NCBI RefSeq assembly: GCF_022045235.1
Contig: NW_027266266.1
Span: 47,554,001-47,618,000 of the forward strand
DNA: 64,000 bases
Direction of reading: 5' to 3'
Source: Haliotis cracherodii
Taxonomy: Eukaryota
Made by a program: the position numbers and the translations under genes
Part shown: piece by piece, positions 51,701-63,844 of the stretch
Layout: each line of letters begins with the position of its first letter
Numbering within the stretch: position 1 is the first letter of the stretch
Notes under the pieces: generated by a model
Seen by the model: only the letters and a program-made list of their open reading frames with translations
What the model was told of the DNA's origin: nothing
The model's database searches: none

Positions 51701-53291
51701 TAGGGAAGTAGGGAAGTCTAATTCTGCATAATTCCTATCATAATTACTATGTATACAAAAAAGAGAAGCACGGTTGACGATATTCGGCACAGAATAGGCC
51801 CTTGGGGCATCTTGTCGGAATAGATCGCTAGTTTGTCATATTTGTCACAAGAACCCAATCGGAAATCAATATCGCTGACTCGACAGATTGTGTGTATTCG
51901 TGCCCCGATTGTGTGGATCATTGCGTGTGCTGTCAGTCACTGGTTTGCCTGGTCCGCCTTCTAGCTCGGACATAACAGATTGCTGCATTTACTCACTCAC
52001 TCACTCATTCGCACAGGATATACCAAATAACTCCCGGTGTGATTATCTCACAATATGCATATTGCAAAGACGGCAGCCATATTTGTTTTCATTTTTGGAA
52101 GATGCCTTGAACACAACAGGTTCAGTTCTAATATGTTATCCTACAACAGTTGTACCAGTTATGGCTCAATCAGTTTACCCGTTTAGGAAATGCCAACGGA
52201 ATCGAAGTGAAGTCAACAATGCCCCTGCCGACTGATAACGCGCAACACACACACACACACACACACTCACTCACTCACTCACACAAACGCACACACATGC
52301 ACACGCACACACGCACGCAAACACCCACGCCCGCCCGCACGCACGCATAATCCTGTTTATGAGTATTGGCGGTGTGATAGCCTTGAGAGTAAAGCGTTAG
52401 CTCATCACGCCGAAAAACCGGGTTCGATTCCCCACATGGATACAACGCCTGAAGCCCATTTCTGGTGTCCGGCGCCGTGATATTTCAGGAATACTACCAA
52501 AAGTGTCGTCAACCTTACTCAGTATAACGGAGAACATGAACCACGTGAGTCATAACGATAAGTTATCTTTGTGAAACAGTTTCAGGTTTTTTATACTAGG
52601 TGAGCTAAATATTGTATTTCTCTCAATATACTTTTGATCACAACTTACGAATCTATACACAAGAGCATGGCGAGCTGAGCAATGATAGTGTTACTGTGTG
52701 CATTACCTTGTTCACAGAGGACCACACGGCTGACGGCGGTAATCCTTCTAAACAAAATATTACATATATTGCCTGACAAATGTTGTTTCCCATGCATAGA
52801 CATTTTTAACGGTTTAGATTTAATTGAGCCATTTCAAGCTGATAAACTGCAAGGCATGACTTAAGAAACATAATGAATTTCTTAACATCGGAATAAGAAT
52901 TTTCTATATAAATAATTTCTGCACAAAATGAAATTACATGACAGTCGAACTGCGACCTGTACTGGTATTTTCTAAAAACACAGATTTACATATACATGTT
53001 AATACGACCCACATTTCTCTACATAAATATAAGACCGCCTCCGTGGTCCAGTGGTAGAGTGTGTATGGTCTGGAGAGCGGAAGGTCCGGGTTCGGTCGAT
53101 AAAAGATGGTACTTGTTGTTACCCAAACATTGGAGGGATAAAACAAAGACTTGTCGGTTGGAGTCAGTATACTGTGTCTAAGTGGGGTATTCATGTTAAA
53201 CTGCGGCATGATATTTCAGTTCGGCATTAGTCCGGATAAGTACTAGCAGTCAGTCACACTTTTTCTAGGATGCGGTTTTAAACAACAAACA

Positions 53292-56200
53292 CATTTCTCT
53301 GTTTTGCACATGTCTACATGACCCTCATTTCTCTATTGGTACATGTCTATGTGGCCCTCATTTCTCTATTTGTACATGTCTATATGGCCCTCATTTCTCT
53401 ATTTGTACATGTCTATGTGGCCCTCATTTCTCTATTTGTACATGTCTATATGACCCTCATTTCTCTATTTGTACATGTCTATATGGCCCTCATTTCTCTA
53501 TTTGTACATGTCTATGTGGCCCTCATTTCTCTATTTGTACATGTCTATGTGGCCCTCATTTCTCTATTGGTACATGTCTATGTGGCCCTCATTTCTCTAT
53601 TGGTACATGTCTATATGGCCCTCATTTCTCCATTTGTACATGTATATGTGGCCCTCATTTCTCTATTTGTACATGTCTATATGGCCCTCATTTCTCCATT
53701 TGTACATGTCTATGTGGCCCTCAATTCTCTATTTGTACATGTCTATGTGGCCCTCAATTCTCCATTTGTACATGTCTATGTGGCCCTCATTTCTCTATTT
53801 GTACATGTCTATATGGCCCTCATTTCTCTATTTGTACATGTTTATGTGGCCTTCATTTCTCTATTTGTACATGTCTATATGGCCCTCATTTCTCTATTTG
53901 TACATGTCTATGTGGCCCTCATTTCTCTATTTGTACATGTCTATGTGGCCCTCATTTCTCCATTTGTACATGTATATGTGGCCCTCATTTCTCTATTTGT
54001 ACTTGTCTATGTGGCCCTCATTTCTCTATTTGTACATGTCTATATGACCCTCATTTCTCTATTTGTACATGTCTATATGGCCCTCATTTCTCTATTTGTA
54101 CATGTCTATATGGCCCTCATTTCTCTATTTGTACATGTCTATATGGCCCTCATTTCTCTATTTGTACATGTCTATATGGCCCTCATTTCTCTATTTGTAC
54201 ATGTCTATATGGCCCTCATTTCTCTATTTGTACATGTATATGTGGCCCTCATTTCTCTATTTGTACATGTCTATATGGCCCTCATTTCTCCATTTGTACA
54301 TGTCTATGTGGCTCTCATTTCTCTATTTGTACATGTCTACATGACCCTCATTTCTCTATTTGTACATGTCTATGTGGCCCTCATTTCTCTATTGGTACAT
54401 GTCTATATGGCCCTCATTTCTCTATTTGTACATGTCTGTATGGCCCTCATTTCTCTATTTGTACATGTCTATATGGCCCTCATTTCTCCATTTGTACATG
54501 TATATGTGGCCCTCATTTCTCCATTTGTACATGTATATGTGGCCCTCATTTCTCTATTTGTACATGTCTATATGGCCCTCATTTCTCTATTTGTACATGT
54601 CTATGTGGCCCTCATTTCTCCATTTGTACATGTCTATGTGGCCCTCATTTCTCTATTTGTACATGTCTATGTGGCCCTCATTTCTCTATTTGTACATGTC
54701 TATATGGCCCTCATTTCTCCATTTGTACATGTATATGTGGCCCTCATTTCTCCATTTGCTATTGGTACATGTCTATGTGGCCCTCATTTCTCTATTGGTA
54801 CATGTCTATATGGCCCTCATTTCTCCATTTGTACATGTATATGTGGCCCTCATTTCTCTATTTGTACATGTCTATGTGGCCCTCATTTCTCTATTTGTAC
54901 ATGTCTATATGGCCCTCATTTCTCTATTTGCACATGTCTATATGGCCCTCATTTCTCCATTTGTACATGTCTATATGGCCCTCATTTCTCTATTTGTACA
55001 TGTCTATATGACCCTCATTTCTCTATTTGTACATGTCTATATGGCCCTCATTTCTCTATTTGTACATGTCTATATGGCCCTCATTTCTCCATTTGTACAT
55101 GTCTATATGGCCCTCATTTCTCTATTTGTACATGTCTATATGGCCCTCATTTCTCTATTTGTACATGTCTATATGGCCCTTATTTCTCCATTTGTACATG
55201 TCTACATGACCCTCATTTCTCTATTTGTACATGTATATGTGGCCCTCATTTCTCCATTTGTACATGTATATGTGGCCCTCATTTCTCTATTGGTACATGT
55301 ATATGTGGCCCTCATTTCTCTATTTGTACATGTCTATATGGCCCTCATTTCTCCATTTGTACATGTCTATATGGCCCTCATTTCTCTATTTGTACATGTC
55401 TATATGGCCCTCATTTCTCTATTTGTACATGTCTATATGGCCCTCATTTCTCTATTTGTACATGTCTATATGGCCCTCATTTCTCCATTTGTACATGTCT
55501 ATATGGCCCTTATTTCTCCATTTGTACATGTCTACATGACCCTCATTTCTCTATTTGTACATGTATATGTGGCCCTCATTTCTCCATTTGTACATGTATA
55601 TGTGGCCCTCATTTCTCTATTTGTACATGTATATGTGGCCCTCATTTCTCTATTTGTACATGTATATGTGGCCCTCATTTCTCTATTTGTACATGTATAT
55701 GTGGCCCTCATTTCTCTATTTGTGCATGTCTATGTGGCCCTCATTTCTCTATTTGTACATGTATATGTGGCCCTCATTTCTCTATTTGTACATGTATATG
55801 TGGCCCTCATTTCTCCATTTGTACATGTCTATATGGCCCTCATTTCTCTATTTGTACATGTCTATGTGGCCCTCATTTCTCTATTTGTACATGTCTATAT
55901 GGCCCTCATTTCTCTATTTGTACATGTATATGTGGCCCTCATTTCTCCATTTGTACATGTATATGTGGCCCTCATTTCTCCATTTGTACATGTATATGTG
56001 GCCCTCATTTCTCTATTTGTACATGTATATGTGGCCCTCATTTCTCCATTTGTACATGTCTATATGGCCCTCATTTCTCTATTTGTACATGTCTATATGG
56101 CCCTCATTTCTCCATTTGTACATGTATATGTGGCCCTCATTTCTCTATTGGTACATGTCTATATGGCCCTCATTTCTCTATTGGTACATGTATATGTGGC

Positions 56201-56368
56201 CCTCATTTCTCTATTTGTACATGTCTATGTGGCCCTCATTTCTCCATTTGTACATGTCTATATGCCCCTCATTTCTCTATTTGTACATGTCTATGTGGCC
56301 TTCATTTCTCTATTTGTACATGTCTATATGGCCCTCATTTCTCCATTTGTACATGTCTATGTGGCCCA
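53292..56368. repeat. 33-bp minisatellite, ~3.1 kb (~93 units)
   Basis: Unit gtacatgtctatgtggccctcatttctctattt. It has few plus-strand stops, which explains the 1051-aa and 674-aa pseudo-ORFs. Confidence 0.97.
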
Positions 56369-57113
56369 ATATCCGCTTCCATAAACCTTTGTGAAAGCTT
56401 TGCTGAGGTCTTGAATGTTGAAACAACTTTGAGCAAGATTCGTGTGCCACTTTTTAAAATCTTCGATAAATGATCATACTTGATTGTACCTTGATTGAAA
56501 CGTAGACATCTAAGGTTGGAGCTGCTGGAATATTATTCAAAATAAAGGTAAAATTGACTATAGTTGAAAGTTGAAATCATTCCTCTTCTCATACATGTCA
56601 CTTTGAAACTTTAGATCTAAATATGAAACTGATGAGGCGGTTTCAGTAATCTTTTGTACTTTTGGGTAAAAAAGTGGAAGGGATTTGGCTATTTGACCAT
56701 TGTTGAACAATATCAGACCATTGATAGAACGGTAGAAACTAACACTTTTAGTCCACTAGTCCTCATAATGATAACATATAGCAAAACCCTTAAAACTGGG
56801 AAATTTCTTCTCGTCGTTATGATTCCGTAACTATTGGGCAGTTTGGCAAGGACTACAGGACTTTTGCCAATTTCTAATGCTATGATATGCCCGACGCTTA
56901 AGTTAAACTTCTTGCTGAATGCCCTTGTTTTGACCTTGACAATCTCAGCAGACATCTCGATTCCAATGCATTAAGAAACACATCAGCAAGAAGGGGGACA
57001 CGGTTGGTGCGCATGGGGATGCCTACTTCCTGCCTAAATGTCTTACCCCCAAATTATACCTAAAGGAAGAGGAAACACGGCGTGATAGGAAGTGTTTTTA
57101 TTAAATAGCGGTT

Positions 57114-60100
57114 CTACCGCCCATGATGAGTAACACAGTTTGTGTAGAGCTGAAATGTGAAATGTGAAACAGTTAGTATATCTCCAAGAAAGGGTGGGAG
57201 ACACAGACAGTCGCCCACTTTGTCGTCATAAACATCGAAACACTTATTATATATACATATTTCATAGCAATAAAAAAAAATCGATATGTTATTCAATCAT
57301 TACATCCCCCAACCTCAATGAAGAAATCTATACAATGTCATCATAAATTCCTATCTGTACATTTCCCTCCATATTAATACATCGATACTATGGCGGGATA
57401 ATGAGGCAGCATCGCTGCTTCCCTTTCTTGACATGAAGAGTACGTTTTGAATCTAAAATAAATAATAGTTCACGTGACTTACGTTGGTCAAATAGGCCTG
57501 GAACTCTGAGACTGAGACGTTACCATCACCTGTAAGACATTATCAGGAACCATGTCTAAGATGTATAGAGATATATGATATCCTAATCATCACGGGACTC
57601 GCAATATGTCAGTGAGGGAACGTTCACCAGAAATTTCAGGAGGGGAATTGTGACCAATTGCAATGGTCTTAAGACGAAATATCTTAATTTCATGTTAAGA
57701 AGGAATGTCAGACTGCCACCCAAATCCAGATTATTAAGCACATACCATCAATGTCAAGGGACAACTCCAGAGCGGCGATGTCACCGTCGGTCAGTTTCAA
57801 GTCGTCGTTTATGTCGAAGTGGTGGAAGAGGTAGCTGGCGAAGTCGTGTTCGTCGTGGTAGTGCTGATGCCACTGCTTTACAAACTCATCCTCGGAAATC
57901 TCGCCGTTACCTGTAACCATATCAACACCATCGACATACGTTGGACTTATACACTGGCTATAGCTCACCTTCACGAAGTCATTCGTTCGTCCCTCAACCT
58001 GATCTGTGAACGTCATTGTCTTTGGCTTTGAGCAAGTAGAATTGCCATTGTGAAGTCTTCATAAAATATGTCAATGAACACATAATCGTATCAGAGTGGG
58101 TGAGTGAGTATGGGTTTACGCCACTTCTAGCAATATTCGTGCAGTATCACGGCGGGAGACACCTGAAATGGGCTTCACACATTGTACCCATGTCGGGAAT
58201 CGAACCTGGGTCTTCGGCGTGACGAGCGAACGCTTTAACCACTAGGCTACCCCACCACCCTTGTTGTATCAGAACGATGGGCGGCATAGGTTTAGGACAT
58301 ATCGAACGCTTACATTTTTATCCACTATAGGTGAGCTTCTGTACCTCTGGTACTATGGGACGTTATATATCACCGCTGCCTGGACGATACAAGAATAACC
58401 GACACGACTGTTCATGAATATACAAAACTAACAAAAGCATGTCGATCTGACTTCTATATCGGTCATACAGTGACACCTCATTGGTCTGGACAGGACCGTT
58501 CCCAGTGAAGACGCCAGATTAAAGAGTGTCTACATAAATGTAGACGTACCCGCTAGTAAACATCCGGATGACATCACTCGGCCAAATCACACAGTCTATT
58601 CCCATTTAGTCAGCTCATAAGACAAGCATGGGATACTTGGATTTAGTTAGAGACCTTTTTCTCTGCTTCTAAGCACACCATTTCAATGTCTGAGAAAGGG
58701 GAAGTCGAATAATTTAATTCATTCACAATGCAATTTTTCAGGACATTCCTATTTCGTAAATATGAGGAAGTAATATTGTTTATCAGCATTATCGAAATTG
58801 AATAAATATTTTAAAATAAACAAACCCAGCTTCCTCCCAACCCCCTACTCCAACCGCCACCCCCATCCCTCCCCCATTTCGAACATTAAATTGTCTCTCC
58901 TTTACCGTCATGGTCGTATTTGGTGACGAATTCAGCCATGACTTCAGCCTGTGTCACAGCGCCGTCGCCATCTTTCTCCATGTCGACGATGACGCTGGCG
59001 ATCACCTGGTTTGCCGTCATCTGCTGGTGGTTGTTATGGATACAGGAGTGCACGTGACCGTGACCGTGACCATGACCTTGCCTGAAGGTAGACGATGTAT
59101 GATTGTCTCTGGCAATGACAGATACATATAGAACATATAGATACACGAGTTGATTGATAGCTTCTGAGCCTCACATCGAAAGACTTGACCAAAAGACATT
59201 AACATATAGTTTTCAACATACATCCCATTCCACATTGAAACATTTTGCCAACGATATTGGAAGGATTCTATCCCAGCTTCTCTTGGCTGTCCAAAATGTG
59301 TTCCACAGCTGATATGACGTCATTGTTCGAGCCGATATTGGTTCTTTATGTTTAGGAACAGATGAAAGTGTGAAGGCGCCATCCCAGGAGAATAGGTAGG
59401 CGCTGAAGGGCTGTGGTCATAACAGTAATTGATTTGTGCACTGGTGCATTGTTATGATGGAGGAGCGCACCTATTCTACAGCTTCATATGTCTCTTAGAC
59501 TTAATTTCCCGTAATTGACTCACAGGTGCAATATCATATGCTCCGTTTATTGTTTGATCGTTTGGAAGATAGCCCACCATGATGGCGCCCTCGGCATCCC
59601 AGAAAATGGGGGTCATAACTTTTCCCCCTGATGGGACAGTCATTTCCATGCTTCCAATGGTCTGATTGTTGGTTGGACTTATGCTGAAGGAGGTGAACCA
59701 AGGTTTTATAGATTGTCAAAATTGTTGCAAGAACCTTTCTGGATCAGTTTCAAACAGAGATACATTATCTTGAGACACGTTGTGCCTGGTGTGTTTTTAG
59801 ATCAGCTATAACATCCGACGAGCTGATAATTTCTTCATTGACAAATTATCTGTGATAATGGATTCGACTCTCTCCTGGAAAATGCTATTGAACTAACCGT
59901 ATGACGCTCATTCATTCGCCAGTCGGCCATCATCATATCGTGGATTCTCGGGATCATTTCTGGGTTTGCTGACGTGACGGGCCTTTCAGGACGGGAAACT
60001 CCTACCTCGTTTCGAATGCATATAGAGGGGCTTCCTTCCCTGGTGTTGTACTCATATCTTCATGGGTGTTTTCCAGCAGCTCCAGCCTTTGGTGTTTACA

Positions 60101-61452
60101 TTTCGTAACTTTTGAGATACAATTTAAGTATAATTCTTCTACCAAGATTTCAAAGAGCGTCATACGACACTTGCTCAGAAGTTGCTTGATCAAGGTTACA
60201 ACATTCAAGGCCTCGGTAAAGCTTTCAGGTTTATGGTAGACATGTGGAGGACATTTCAAACTTTGAAGCATCCGTGACAAAAATGATGTACCATACGTTC
60301 CCATGTTCCAAGGAACAGTTGACTTGCCTTTGCATGTGTTGGGTGGCGGGTGCCACCGGTGGGGCAGTATACGCTCACAGTTTCGAGAACACCTGGTATC
60401 GTTACTATTTGATAGTAATTCATAACCACATGCTCATGATATAGTCGGAATTGTACAATCGAGTCTGCTTTATGGAGAGATTTCTACTGGATATGGAAAG
60501 GGGTTTGTCGCTTTATTTTTAGGTTTGAGCCCTTTTTCTACAACTACTTGATCACTGTACGTTCCTTAAGTTTGTTCATTTTCCAAAGGTCACAGACCCC
60601 TGAATACTTTACTAAATATTTATGTGACTTGTCACAGTGAAACAATTTGCTTAGTGGAGATGCTTCTATGACATCCCACAGATGACACCCTTACCTTGTC
60701 AGCTTCAGGTTAACCTCTTTGGTCATGTGGACAAGGCGTCCGACCTCTGCTCAGAAGGTCCGTGGTTCCAATCCCATCACGGGACTCGGAAATCTTATGG
60801 CCGCTACATTGGTGCCCAACATGGAGCTGAGCGCGTTCACATTAAATTTGAGCAAAATAAGTCTCAGTACCCTACTATGCGGTCCGGGACGTGCCTTCTG
60901 TTGACGGGAAAGTATGGAGCAGGGCGTGGTGTCATCCCACAGATGACATCCTTACCTTGTCAGCTTGCTGACGGGGTTAACCTCTTTAGTCATGTGGACA
61001 AGGCGTCCGACCGATGCGCAGAAGGTCCGTGGTTCGAATCCAATCACGGGACTCGGAAATTTATGCCCGCTACACCAGATTTCGCAGTTCCTTCTATGTT
61101 AGGCGCAGAACTTATCAACGTGAGTGGGCAGCTACTGATCTACTCCACCCTTAGCAACAATCCAGCCATATATCTGGCAGACATGAAAACTGAAATCCGA
61201 ATCTTCATTTAGACGGGCGGCTGCTTCAACCACTGGGCTATCCCAATGCTCCATCATAATGTTTTATAGTAACTGGCCTAATATTTGATATAATTGCCTC
61301 ATACAATTTTGAAATGTTGGACATTGTAGTATATATAATTCACCCAAATATCGACACATTGCCGACTACAACAGTTTGGTTTTGCACATTATACCATGGA
61401 ACACTCACCCATATACTGACGCAGCTCCGAGTAGAAGAAGGAATACTGTCAT
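57114..61452 (-). CDS. Gene 6: His-rich secreted four-EF-hand protein, 155 aa. Exons 61409-61452, 58906-59081, 57746-57910, 57483-57529, 57114-57149
   Basis: MTVFLLLLGAASVYG QGHGHGHGHVHSCIHNNHQQMTANQVIASVIVDMEKDGDGAVTQAEVMAEFVTKYDHD GNGEISEDEFVKQWHQHYHDEHDFASYLFHHFDINDDLKLTDGDIAALELSLDID GDGNVSVSEFQAYLTN LYTNCVTHHGR*. AATAAA at 57097-57102. Confidence 0.93.
60669..61074 (+). mobile_element. Miniature non-autonomous LTR retrotransposon (TRIM) with tRNA-like LTRs (Helenus-like)
   Basis: Direct repeats TG...CA at 60669-60808 and 60930-61074. PBS TGGTGCCCAACATGGAGC at 60810-60827. Purine-rich tract just before LTR2. A and B boxes inside each LTR. No TSD seen. Confidence 0.8.
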
Positions 61453-62989
61453 GGTTGCTGAAACACATGATGGACATCAATCTAAGAATATATGATTTAT
61501 GTTTTTGTTTATTTGTTGTTTAACGCCACACAAAAGCAATATTCCAGGTATGTGACGGAGGTCTGTAAATAATCTGGAGTCTGGACCAGACAATCCGCTG
61601 ATTGACATCATAAGCATCGATTCACGCAATTGAGATTCAATGACATGGATCAACCAAGTCAACTAGCCTGATCACTCGATCCCGTTAGTCTCCTCTTACG
61701 ACAGAGCATGGGCTGCTGAAGACCTATTCTAATCCGGTGTTTATCCCAATGAATTGTGACCCCAGTGAATGTGAGTGTTGTGGTCTAATGTCTGCCGTGA
61801 TTATGTTCATGGAGTGACACAAAAGGAGCACGTTTTGGTATAATGGACTGAATCAGCGCAGCTAGCAGTATTCTGTTCATAACATGAAACGGTATCGTGC
61901 ACGTTGCTTCAAGGTTTGAAGATTGCACATGGGACGTGCGCACACAGTAAAATTGGTTGAACTACAAACCCGGTATAAGTNNNNNNNNNNNNNNNNNNNN
62001 NNNNNNNNNNNNNNNNNNNNNNNNNNNNNNNNNNNNNNNNNNNNNNNNNNNNNNNNNNNNNNNNNNNNNNNNNNNNNNNNNNNNNNNNNNNNNNNNNNNN
62101 NNNNNNNNNNNNNNNNNCAATAACAGTTCACGTGGTGTTAGAGAAGGTGACGGGGTTTGGGTATATACAAGAACTAGCAAGTGTTGACAGTACACGTGGT
62201 TTTAAAGTGAATAGGTAAATATTGCTTGAAGCCTCATCAACAATATTGCAATGTAACCCTGTGTACAAGATCTAGCACGTGTTGACAGTTAACGTGGCGT
62301 TAGAGGAGGAGACGACATCTGGGTATGTACAAGAACAAGAAAAACCTAAATTCACATTGCAATTGGTGGATGTGGTCAAGCGGAGCTAACCTGAAACAGA
62401 CGTTTGGATCTCTACGTGCACACATTACCTTTTGAAAGAGACAAAAACAATGTAAAAATGGATGTTTCACTGAGACTATTATCTCTTGGCTTGATAAAGG
62501 AGTGTTGCATGGAGTACCATAGTTCATAGCTGATTTGATATTCAGGTCACGAGGTCAGGTCATGGACTACAAGATAAGATAGAAGAAAAATGCTGCTGAA
62601 ACATCTATGTGGTCGGGTAAGAAACATGGTTTTGGAGCAGGGTACGAAGCCTCGATATGCACAAGAAGTATCTAGGCATCAGCTACAATTAAGGCTTAGT
62701 ATTTGCTTCGGTAAAGGCGGCATGGGCCTATTATAACATAATGCGCCAGACAATATATAAAAGAAGTTGACATGTGTTTCTTTCTTGGATAAATACTTGG
62801 CTAAATGGTTGATTATATTAGGGTTGCTGGACGAGTTTATGGTGAGTGGGAAGAATGATAATGTTCTTCGGAAGAATGCTATTTCCTACAGTTTCCTAGA
62901 GAGGACAAAGCATACCAAAGTGACTCTATCAATGGAATAATACCAAAAGGGATGTTTCAGTTTTCCGGTGTAATATGATGTATTTATAT

Positions 62990-63560
62990 TCTCTACATGC
63001 ACGTGTGTATGTGGCCCACAATTCTATACATTAACGTGTGTATGTGGCTCACATTTTTCTTCATGCACGTGTCGATGTGACCCACAATTATATACATTAA
63101 CATGTGTATGTGGCCCACATTTTTCTTCATGCATGTGTCGATGTGACCCACAATTCTCTACATGCACGTGCCGATGTGACCCACAATTCTATACATGCAC
63201 GTGCGTATGTGGCCAACATTTGCCTTCATGCACATGTCGATGTGAGTCATAATTCTCCTCATGCACGTGTGTATGTGGCCCACATTTTTCTTCATGCACC
63301 TGTCGATGTGACCCACAATTGTCTACATGCATGTGTCGATGTGACCCACAATTCTATACTTTCACGTGTGTATGTGTCCCACATTTTTCTTCATGCACGT
63401 GTCGATTGGTCCCACAATTCTTTAACTGCACGTGTTGATGAGGCCCACATCTTTCTTTATGTACGTGTCGATGTGACCCAAAATTCTCTACATATACGTG
63501 TCTGTTGCTCATATTTCTCTTCATGCACATGTTGATGTGACAAACAATTCTGGACCTGCA
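62990..63560. repeat. Degenerate 33-bp minisatellite
   Basis: Unit gcacgtgtgtatgtggcccacatttttcttcat. Confidence 0.9.
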
Positions 63561-63811
63561 CGTGCACGTGTCACCCTGCTACTTTTTATGTACGTGTCTA
63601 TGTCATCCAGGTGAGCTAGTTCTCGATACAGACACAGACACAAACACGCATGTACGCACGCACGCATGCACGCGCACACGTGTGTTTTCACAGACGCACA
63701 TACGCAGTCACCGTTGCTAGTATGTACGTTGCTATATGGTGATGGATACATTAACTAAATAAAAAGGAAACATGTTGTGATTGTAAAATAAGTGCTTTAA
63801 TATCTCTGTTG

Positions 63812-63844
63812 TCACCCATGAAAGCTGACACAGTTTTTGTAGAG
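63812..63844 (-). CDS. Gene 7 (partial): terminal exon LYKNCVSFHG* of a further paralogue lying beyond the right edge
   Basis: acatttcag|CTCTACAAAAACTGTGT is nearly identical to the gene 6 exon 5 junction. TGA stop; ATTAAA at 63796-63801. Confidence 0.8.
   Translation of the reverse strand, partial: LYKNCVSFHG

Noticed and set aside
52695-52760. Possible non-coding exon 0 of gene 5 (AAG|GTAATG)
   Set aside because: A donor-like site alone, with no convincing TATA or other support.
53318-56473. 1051-aa, 674-aa and overlapping ORFs (VHVYMALISLF and CTCLYGPHFSI repeats)
   Set aside because: Artefact of a 33-bp minisatellite that is largely open in all three plus frames. No unique domain, and on the opposite strand to the genes.
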